Source: the human T2T-CHM13v2.0 reference genome, Homo sapiens. From it: DNA of 64,000 nt. The translations under genes and the position numbers were made by a program. Under the pieces are notes generated by a model. That model searched no databases and was not told the origin of the DNA. It saw nothing but the letters and a program-made list of their open reading frames with translations. Every line of letters starts with the position of its first letter. Position 1 is the first letter of the stretch. Positions 1 through 12,593 of the stretch are shown here, one piece after another. The stretch lies in the NCBI RefSeq assembly GCF_009914755.1, contig NC_060937.1, one strand, 5' to 3'.

Positions 1-2260
1 TACATAAAATATGAAGGTACATCAAATATATAGTATATGCTGCACATAAAATATCAAAGTACCCAAAGTATGTATTATATACTGTACATAAAATATCAAA
101 GTACCAAAAGTATATATTACCTACTGTAAATAAAATATGAAGGTACCTCAAATATATATTATATTCTGTACATGAAATATCAAAGTACACCAAGTATATA
201 CTATATACTCTACATAAAATATTAAATTACCCAAAATATGTATTGTATTGTGTACATAAATTATGAAAGTAACCAAACATTTATAATAAACTGTACATAA
301 AATATCAAAGTACTCAAACTTTATATTATATACTGTACATAAAGTATCAAAGTACCCAAACTGTGTAGTATATACTGTACATAAAATATCAAGGTACCCA
401 AAAAGTATATTGTAAACTGTAGATAAAATATCAAAGTACCCAAAATATATATTATATACTGTACATAAAATATGAAGGCACATCCAATATATATTATATT
501 CTGTACATAAAATATCAAAGTACACCAAATGTATATTATATACTGTACATAAAATATAAAAGTACCCCAAATATATATTATATACTCTACATAAAATATC
601 AAAGTACCCAAAATATATATTATACACTGTACATAAAATATCAAAGTACCCATAGTATGTATTATATCCTGTACATAAAATATGAAGATACATCAAATAT
701 ATATTCTATTCTGCACATAAAATATACATATTGTATACTGTATATAAAATATGAAGGTACTTCAAATATATATTATATGCTGCACATAAAATATCAAAGT
801 ACCCAAAGTATGCATTATATACTGTACATAAAATATCAAAGTACCCAAAGTGTATATTATATACTGTACATAAAATATGAAGGTTCATCAAATATATTTT
901 ATATTATGCACATAATATATCAAAGTACAGCAAATATATATTATATACTGTACATAAAATAACAAAGTACCAAAAATATGTATTATATACTGTACATAAA
1001 ATATGAAAGTAACCAAATATTTATAATAAACTGTATATAAAATATCAAAGTACTCAAACTACATATTATATACAGTATATAAAATATCAAAGTACCCAAA
1101 CTATATATTACATACTGTACATACTATATCAAAGTACCCGAATATATAGCATACTGTACATAAAATATCAAATTACCCAAAATATATATTGTATACTGTA
1201 CATAAAATATGAAGGTACATCAAAGATATATTATATTCTGTACATAAAATATCAAACTACACCAAATATATATTATATGCTGTACAGAATATATTAAAGT
1301 CGACCAAATGTATATTATATACTGTACATAAAATATGAAGGTACATCAAATATATATTATATGCTGCACATAAAATATCAAAGTACCCAAAGTATGTGTT
1401 ATATACTGTACATAAAATATCAAAGTACCCAAAGTATATATTATATACTGTGCATAAAATATAAAATACCCCAAATATATATTATATGCTGTACATAAAA
1501 TATCAAAGTACACAAAATATGCATTATGTACTGTACATAAATTATCAAAGGACCCAAAATATATATTATATAATGTACATAAAATATCAAAATACCCAAA
1601 ATATATATTATATAACGTACATAAAATACCAAAGTACCCAAAGTATATATTATATACTGCATAAAAAATATCAAAGTAGCCAAAATATGTATTATACACT
1701 GTACATAATATATGAAAGTACCCAAACATTTATAATAAACTGTACATAAAATATCAATGTACTCAAACTATATATTATGTGCGCTACATAAGATATCAAA
1801 GTACCCATACTATATAGTATGTACTGTACTTAAAATATCAAAATACCCAAAATATATATTATATACGTTACATAAACTATCAAATACACAAAGTATGTAT
1901 TACATACTGTACATAAAATAGCAAAGTACCCAAAATATGTATTATATACTGGACATAAAATATGAAAGTACCCAACCATTTATAATAAACTCTACATAAA
2001 ATACCAAAGTACCCAAACTGTGTATTATATACTCTCCATAAAATATCAAAGTACCCAAAATATATATTGTCATCTGTACATAAAATATCAAAGTAGCCAA
2101 AATATATATAGTATACCGTACATAAAATATAAAAGTACCCCAAATATGTATTATATACTGTACATAAAATATCAAAGTACCGATAATACATATTATATAC
2201 TGTACATAAAATATCAGAGGACCCAAAATAAACATTATATACTGTACATAAAATATCCAA

Positions 2261-5200
2261 ATACTCAAAATATATATTACATACTGTACATAAAATATCA
2301 AAGTACCCAAATTATGTATTATATACTGTACGTAAAATATCAGAGTACCCAAAATATGCATTATATACTGTACATAAAATATGAAAGTAACAAAACATTT
2401 ATAATAAACTGTACATAAAATATCAAAGTACTCAAACTATATATCATATACTGTACATAAAATATCAAAGTACCCAAACTGTGTATTATTATATACTGTA
2501 TATAAAATATCAAAGTACCTGAAATATATACTGTATACTGTACATAAAATATCAAAGTACCCAAAATATATACTATATACTGTACATAAAATATGAAGGT
2601 ACATCAAATATATATTATATCCTGTACATAAAATATCAAAGTACACCTATTATATATTGTGTACTGTACATAATATATTAAATCGCCCAAATATATATTG
2701 TATACTGTATATAAAATATGAAGGTACTTCAAATATATATTATATGCTGCACATAAAATATCAAAGTACCCAAAGTATGCATTACATACTGTACATAAAA
2801 TATCAAAGTACACAAATTATATATTATATACTGTACATAAAATATGTAGGTTCATCAAATATATTTTATATTCTGTACATAATATATCAAAGTACATCAA
2901 ATATATATTATATACGGTACATAAAATATCAAAGTACCCAAAATATGTATTATTTAATGTACATAACATATGAAAGTAACCAAACATTTATAATAAACTG
3001 TACATAAAATATCAAAGTACTCAATCTACATATTATATACAGTATATAAAATATCAAAGTACACAAACTGTATATTATATACTGTACATAATATATCAAA
3101 GTACCCAGAATATATAGCATACTGTACATACAATATCAAAGTACCCAGAATGTATATTGTATACTGTACATAAAATATGAAGGTACATCAAAGATATATT
3201 ATATTCTGTACATAAAATATCAAAGTACACCAAATATATATTATATGCTGTACATAATATATTAAATTTGCCCATGCATACATTTTATACTGTACATAAA
3301 ATATGAAGGTACATCAAATATATAGTATATGCTGCACATAAAATATCAAAGTACCCAAAGTATGTATTATATACTGTACATAAAATATCAAAGTACCAAA
3401 AGTATATATTACCTACTGTAAATAAAATATGAAGATACCTCAAATATATATTATATTCTGTACATAAAATATCAAAGTACACCAAGTATATACTATATAC
3501 TCTATATAAAATATTAAATTACCCAAAATATGTATTGTATTGTGTACATAAAATATGAAAGTAACCAAACATTTATAATAAACTGTACATAAAATATCAA
3601 AGTACTCAAACTTTATATTATATACTGTACATAAAGTATCAAAGTACCCAAACTGTGTAGTATATACTGTACATAAAATATCAAGATACCCAAAATGTAT
3701 ATTGTAAACTGTAGATAAAATATCAAAGTACCCAAAATATATATTATATACTGTACATAAAATATGAAGGCACATCCAATATATATTATATTCTGTACAT
3801 AAAATATCAAAGTACACCAAATGTATATTATATACTGTACATAAAATATAAAACTACCCCAAATATATCTTATATACTCTACATAAAATATCAAAGTACC
3901 CAAAATATATATTATATACTGTACATAAAATATCAAAGTACCCATAGTATGTATTATATCCTGTACATAAAATATGAAGGTACAGCAAATATATATTCTA
4001 TTCTGCACATAAAATAACATATTGCACCAAATATATATTGTATACTGTATATAAAATATGAAGGTACTTCAAATATATATTATATGCTGCACATAAAATA
4101 TCAAAGAACCCAAAGTATGCATTATATACTGTACATAAAATATCAAAGTACCCAAAGTGTATATTATATACTGTACATAAAATATGAAGGTTCATCAAAT
4201 ATATTTTATATTCTGCACATAATATATCAAAGTACAGCAAATATATATTATATACTGTACATAAAATAACAAAGTACCAAAAATATGTATTATATACTGT
4301 ACATAAAATATGAAAGTAACCAAATATTTATAATAAACTGTATATAAAATATCAAAGTACTCAAACTACATATTATATACAGTATATAAAATATCAAAGT
4401 ACCCAAACTATATATTATATACTGTACATACTATATCAAAGTACCCAAATATATAGCATACTGTCCATAAAATATCAAAGTACCCAAAATATATATTGTA
4501 TACTGTACATAAAATATGAAGGTACATCAAAGATATATTATATCCTGTACATAAAATATCAAAGTACACCAAATATATATTATATGCTGTACATAATATA
4601 TTAAAGTCGACCAAATATATATTATATACTGTACATAAAATATGAAGGTACCTCAACTATATATTATATGCTGCACATAAAATATCAAAGTACCCAAAGT
4701 ATGTATTATATACTGTACATAAACTATCAAAGTACCCAAAGTATATATTTTATACTGTACATAAAATATAAAATGCCCCAAATATATATTATATGCTGTA
4801 CATAAAATATCAAAGTACACAAAATATGTATTATGTACTGTACATACAATATAAAGGACCCAAAATATATACTATATACTGTACATAAAATATCAAAATA
4901 CCCAAAATATATATTATATACTGTACATAAAATACCAAAGTACCCAAAGTATATATTATATACCGTACAAAAAATATCAAAGTAGCCAAAATATGTATTA
5001 TACACTGTACGTAATATATGAAAGTACCCAAACATTTATAATAAACTGTACATAAAATATCAATGTACTCAAACTATGTATTATGTGCGGTACATAACAT
5101 ATCAAAGTACCCATACTATATAGTATGTACTGCACTTAAAATATCAAAATACCCAAAATATATATTATATACGTTACATAAACTATCAAATACACAAAGT

Positions 5201-5566
5201 ATGTATTATATACTGTACATAAAATAGCAAAGTTCCCAAAATATGTATTATATACTGTACATAAAATATGAAAGTACCCAACCATTTATAATAAACTCTA
5301 CATAAAATACCAAAGTACCCAAACTGTGTATTATATACTGTCCATAAAATATCAAAGTACCCAAAATATATATTGTAAACTGTACATAAAATATCAAAGT
5401 AGCCAAAATACATATTGTATACTGTACATAAAATATGAAAGTACCCCAAATATGTATTATATACTGTACATAAAATATCAAAGTACCCATAATACATATT
5501 ATATACTGTACATAAAATATCAAAGGACCCAAAATAAACATTATATACTGTACATAAAATATCCAA
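2261..5566 (+). repeat. Long HOR unit, type A (~79 monomers, 3306 bp)
   Basis: The marker monomer 'aaaatatccaaatactc' (right end of the MDILC..VYFGS ORF) recurs at 2260 and 5566. Carries A-type markers atatgtaggttc, ttacctactg, aagatacctc, cccatagtatg, ttgcacc. A 1-bp deletion near 4850 explains 3306 rather than 3307. Confidence 0.85.
3839..4132 (+). repeat. 294-bp (7-monomer) block that distinguishes type A from type B HOR
   Basis: Lies between the 'caccaaatgtat' and 'cccaaagtgtat' monomers, which are adjacent in B units. Also present at about 547-825 (with a 15-bp deletion), 11408, 17195, 22216, 36909, 44478, 45818, 51224, 55325 and 63734. Confidence 0.85.
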
Positions 5567-8500
5567 ATACTCAAAATATATATTACGTACTGTACATAAA
5601 ATATCAAAGTACCCAAATTATGTATTATATACTGTACGTAAAATATCAGAGTACCCAAAATATGCATTATATACTGTACATAAAATATGAAAGTAACAAT
5701 ACATTTATAATAAACTGTACATAAAATATCAAAGTACTCAAACTATATATCATATACTGTACATAAAATATCAAAGTACCCAAACTGTGTATTATTATAT
5801 ACTGTATATAAAATATCAAAGTACCTGAAATATATACTGTATACTGTACATAAAATATCAAAGTACCCAAAATATATACTATATACTGTACATAAAATAT
5901 GAAGGTACATCAAATATATATTATATCCTGTACATAAAATATCAAAGTACACCTATTATATATTGTGTACTGTACATAATATATTAAATCGCCCAAATAT
6001 ATATTGTATACTGTATATAAAATATGAAGGTACTTCAAATATATATTATATGCTGCACATAAAATATCAAAGTACCCAAAGTATGCATTAAACACTGTAC
6101 ATAAAATATCAAAGTACACATATTATCTATTATATAATGTACATAAAATATGAAGGTTCATCAAATATATATTATATTCTGTACATAATATATCAAAGTA
6201 CATCAAATATATATTATATACTGTACATAAAATATCAAAGTACCAAAAATATGTATTATATACTGTACATAAAACATGAAAGTAACCAAACATTTATAAT
6301 AAACTGTACATAAAATATCAAAGTACTCAATCTACATATTATATACAGTATATAAAATATCAAAGTACACAAACTGTATATTATATACTGTACATAATAT
6401 ATCAAAGTACCCAGAATATATAGCATACTGTACATAAAATATCAAAGTACCCAAAATGTATATTGTATACTGTACATAAAATATGAAGGTACATCAAAGA
6501 TATATTATATTCTGTACATAAAATATCAAAGTACACCAAATATATATTATATGCTGTACATAATATATTAAAGTTGCCCATATATACATTATATACTGTA
6601 CATAAAATATGAACGTACATCAAATATATAGTATATGCTGCACATAAAATATCAAAGTACCCAAAGTATGTATTATACACTGTACATAAAATATCAAAGT
6701 ACCAAAAGTATATATTACATACTGTAAATAAAATATGAAGGTACCTCAAATATATATTATATTCTGTACATAAAATATCAAAGTACACCAAGTATATACT
6801 ATATACTCTGCATAAAATATTAAATTACCCAAAATATGTATTGCATTGTGTACATAAAATATGAAAGTAACCAAACATTTATAATAAACTGTACATAAAA
6901 TATCAAAGTACTCAAACTGTATATTATATACTGTACATAAAGTATCAAAGTACCCAAACTGTGTAGTATATACTGTACATAAAATATCAAGGTACCCAAA
7001 ATATATATTGTAAACTGTAGATAAAATATCAAAGTACCCAAAATATATATTATATACTGTACATAAAATATGAAGGCACATCCAATATATATTATATTCT
7101 GTACATAATATATCAAAGTACACCAAATGTATATTATATACTGTACATAAAATATCAAAGTACCCAAAGTGTATATTATATACTGTACATAAACTATGAA
7201 AGTTCATCAAATATATTTTATATTCTGCACATAATATATCAAAGTACAGCAAATATATATTATATACTGTACATAAAATATCAAAGTACCCAAAATATGT
7301 ATTATATACTGTACATAAAATATGAAAGTAACCAAACATTTATAATAAACTGTACATAAAATATCAAAGTACTCAAACTGTATATTATATACTCTACATA
7401 AAGTATCAAAGTACCCAAACTGTGTAGTATATACTGTACATAAAATATCAAGGTACCCAAAATATATATTGTAAACTGTAGATAAAATATCAAAGTACCC
7501 AAAATATATATTATATACTGTACATGAAATATGAAGGCCCCTCCAATATATATTATACTCTGTACATAAAATATCAAAGTACACCAAAAGTATATTATAT
7601 ACTGTACATAAAATATCAAAGTACCCAAAGTGTATATTATATACTGTACATAAACTATGAAGGTTCATCAAATATATTTTATATTCTGCACATAATATAT
7701 CAAAGTACAGCAAATATATATTATATACTGTACATAAAATATCAAAGTACCCAAATTATGTATTATATACTGTACATAAAATATGAAAGTAAGCAAACAT
7801 TTATAATAAACTGTACATAAAGTATCAAAGTACTCAAACTACATATTATATACAGTATATAAAATATCAAAGTACCCAAACTGTATATTATATAATGTAC
7901 ATAATATATCAAAGTACCCGAATATATAGCATACTCTACATAAAATATCAAAGTACCCAAAGTTTGTATTATACACTGCACATAAAATATGGAGGTACAT
8001 CAAAGATATATTATATTCTGTACATAAAATATCAAAGTACACCAAATATATGTTATATGCTGTACATAATATATTAAAGTCGACCAAATATATATTATAT
8101 ACTGTACATAAAATATGAAGGTACATCAAATATATATTATATGCTGCACATAAAATATCAAAGTACCCAAAGTATGTGTTATATACTGTACATAAAATAT
8201 CAAAGTACCCAAAGTATATATTATATACTGTACATAAAATATAAAATACCCCAAATATATATTATATGCTCTACATAAAATATCAAAGTACACAAAATAT
8301 GTATTATATACTGTACATAAAATACCAAAGGACCCAAAATATATATTATATACTGTACATAAAATATCAAAATACCCAAAATATATATTATATACTGTAC
8401 ATAAAATACCAAAGTACCCAAAGTATATATTATATACCGTACAAAAAATATCAAAGTAGCCAAAATATGTATTATACACTGTACATAATATATGAAAGTA

Positions 8501-9040
8501 CCCAAACATTTATAATAAACTGTACATAAAATATCAATGTACTCAAACTATATATTATGTGCGGTACATAAGATATCAAAGTACCCATACTATATAGTAT
8601 ATACTGTACTTAAAATATCAAAATACCCAAAATATATATTATATACGTTACATAAACTATCAAATACACAAAGTATGTATTATATACTGTACATAAAATA
8701 GCAAAGTTCCCAAAATATGTATTATATACTGTACATAAAATATGAAAGTACCCAACCATTTATAATAAAGTCTACATAAAATACCAAAGTACCCAAACTG
8801 TGTATTATATACTGTCCATAAAATATCAAAGGACCCAAAATATATATTGTAAACTCTACATAAAATATCAAAGTAGCCAAAATACATATTGTATACTGTA
8901 CATAAAATATAAAAGTACCCCAAATATATATTATATACTGTACATAAAATATCAAAGTACCCATAATACATATTATACACTGTACATAAAATATCAAAGG
9001 ACCCAAAATAAACATTATATACTGTACATAAAATATCCAA
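5567..9040 (+). repeat. Type B HOR with internal 461-bp tandem duplication (3474 bp)
   Basis: Marker spacing 3474 = 3013 + 461. The 'acataaaatatgaaagtaa..aaacatttataataaa' monomer recurs at 6852, 7313 and 7774. Confidence 0.85.
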
Positions 9041-12000
9041 ATACTCAAAATATATATTACATACTGTACATAAAATATCAAAGTACCCAAATTATGTATT
9101 ATACACTGTACGTAAAATATCAGAGTACCCAAAATATGCATTATATACTGTACATAAAATATGAAAGTAACAAAACATTTATAATAAACTGTACATAAAA
9201 TATCAAAGTACTCAAACTATATATCATATACTCTACATAAAATATCAAAGTACCCAAACTGTGTATTATTATATACTGTATATAAAATATCAAAGTACCT
9301 GAAATATATACTGTATACTGTACATAAAATATCAAAGTACCCAAAATATATACTATATACTGTACATAAAATATGAAGGTACATCAAATATATATTATAT
9401 CCTGTACATAAAATATCAAAGTACACCTATTATATATTGTGTACTGTACATAATATATTAAATCGCCCAAATATATATTGTATACTGTATATAAAATATG
9501 AAGGTACTTCAAATATATATTATATGCTGCACATAAAATATCAAAGTACCCAAAGTATGCATTACATACTGTACATAAAATATCAAAGTACACATATTAT
9601 CTATTATATAATGTACATAAAATATGAAGGTTCATCAAATATATATTATATTCTGTACATAATATATCAAAGTACATCAAATATATATTATATACTGTAC
9701 ATAAAATATCAAAGTACCAAAAATATGTATTATATACTGTACATAAAACATGAAAGTAACCAAACATTTATAATAAACTGTACATAAAATATCAAAGTAC
9801 TCAATCTACATATTATATACAGTATATAAAATATCAAAGTACACAAACTGTATATTATATACGGTACATAATATATCAAAGTACCCAGAATATATAGCAT
9901 ACTGTAAATAAAATATCAAAGTACCCAAAATATATATTGTATACTGTACATAAAATATGAAGGTACATCAAAGATATATTATATTCTGTACATAAAATAT
10001 CAAACTACACCAAATATATATTATATGCTGTACATAATATATTAAAGTTGCCCATATATACATTATATACTGTACATAAAATATGAACGTACATCAAATA
10101 TATAGTATATGCTGCACATAAAATATCAAAGTACCCAAAATATATACTATATACTGTACATAAAATATGAAGGTACATCAAATATATATTATATCCTGTA
10201 CATAAAATATCAAAGTACACCTATTATATATTGTGTACTGCACATAATATATTAAATCGCCCAAATATATATTGTATACTGTATATAAAATATGAAGGTA
10301 CTTCAAATATATATTATATGCTGCACATAAAATATCAAAGTACCCAAAGTATGCATTACATACTGTACATAAAATATCAAATTACAAAAATTATATATTA
10401 TATTCTGTACATAAAATATGTAGGTTCTTCAAATATATTTTATATTCTGTACATAATATATCAAAGTACATCAAATATATATTATATACGGTACATAAAA
10501 TATCAAAGTACCCAAAATATGTATTAATTACTGTGCATAAAATATGAAAGTAACCAAACATTTATAATAAACTGTACATAAAATATCAAACTACTCAATC
10601 TACATATTATATACAGTATATAAAATATCAAAGTACACAAACTGTATATTATATACTGTACATAATATATCAAAGTACCCAGAATATATAGCATACTGTA
10701 CATACAATATCAAAGTACCCAGAATGTATATTGTATTCTGTACATAAAATATGAATGTACATCAAAGATATATTCTGTACATAAAATATCAAAGTACACC
10801 AAATATATATTATATGCTGTACATAATATATTAAAGTTGCCCATGCATACATTTTATACTGTACATAAAATATGAAGGTACATCAAATATATAGTATATG
10901 CTGCACATAAAATATCAAAGTACCCAAAGTATGTATTATATACTGTACATAAAATATCAAAGTACCAAAAGTATATATTACCTACTGTAAATACAATATG
11001 AAGATACCTCAAATATATATTATATTCTGTACATGAAATATCAAAGTACACCAAGTATATACTATATACTCTACATAAAATATTAAATTACCCAAAATAT
11101 GTATTGTATTGTGTACATAAAATATGAAAGTAACCAAACATTTATAATAAACTGTACATAAAATATCAAAGTACTCAAACTTTATATTATATACTGTACA
11201 TAAAGTATCAAAGTACCCAAACTGTGTAGTATATACTGTACATAAAATATCAAGGTACCCAAAATGTATATTGTAAACTGTAGATAAAATATCAAAGTAC
11301 CCAAAATATATATTATATACTGTACATAAAATATGAAGGCTCATCCAATATATATTATATTCTGTACATAAAATATCAAAGTACACCAAATGTATATTAT
11401 ATACTGTACATAAAATATAAAACTACGCCAAATATATCTTATATACTCTACATAAAATATCAAAGTACCCAAAATATATATTATATACTGTACATAAAAT
11501 ATCAAAGTACCCATAGTATGTATTATATCCTGTACATAAAATATGAAGGTACATCAAATATATATTCTATTCTGCACATAAAATATCATATTGCACCAAA
11601 TATATATTGTATACTGTATATAAAATATGAAGGTACTTCAAATATATATTATATGCTGCACATAAAATATCAAAGTACCCAAAGTATGCATTATATACTG
11701 TACATAAAATATCAAAGTACCCAAAGTGTATATTATATACTGTACATAAAATATGAAGGTTCATCAAATATATTTTATATTCTGCACATAATATATCAAA
11801 GTACAGCAAATATATATTATATACTGTACATAAAATATCAAAGTACCCAAAATATGTATTATATACTGTACATAAAATATGAAAGTAACCAAACATTTAT
11901 AATAAACTGTACATAAAATATCAAAGTACTCAAACTACATATTATATACAGTATATAAAATGTCAAAGTACCCAAACTGTATATTATATACTGTACATAA

Positions 12001-12593
12001 TATATCAAAGTACCCAAATATATAGCATACTGTACATAAAATATCAAAGTACCCAAAGTGTGTATTATACACTGCACATAAAATATGAAGGTACATCAAA
12101 GATATATTATATTCTGTACATAAAATATCAAAGTACACCAAATATATATTATATGCTGTACAGAATATATTAAAGTCGACCAAATATATATTATATACTG
12201 TACATAAAATATGAAGGTACATCAAATATATATTATATGCTGCACATAAAATATCAAAGTACCCAAAGTATGTATTATATACTGTACATAAAATATCAAA
12301 GTACCCAAAGTATATATTATATACTGTACATAAAATATAAAATACCCCAAATATATATTATATCCTGTACATAAAATATCAAAGTACCCAAAATATATAT
12401 TGTAAACTGTACATAAAATATCAAAGTAGCCAAAATATATATTGTATACTGTCCATAAAATATAAAAGTACCCCAAATATGTATTATATACTGTACATAA
12501 AATATCAAAGTACCGATAATACATATTATATACTGTACATAAAATATCAAAGGACCCAAAATAAACATTATATACTGTACATAAAATATCCAA
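9041..12593 (+). repeat. Rearranged B/A chimeric HOR (3553 bp)
   Basis: 3553 = 3307 + 794 (duplication) - 5 (deletion near 10770) - 543 (deletion near 12370). Confidence 0.75.

Noticed and set aside
1070-1090. TATA-box-like TATATAAAA motifs
   Set aside because: Expected by chance from single changes in the AT-rich monomer. There is no other promoter context.
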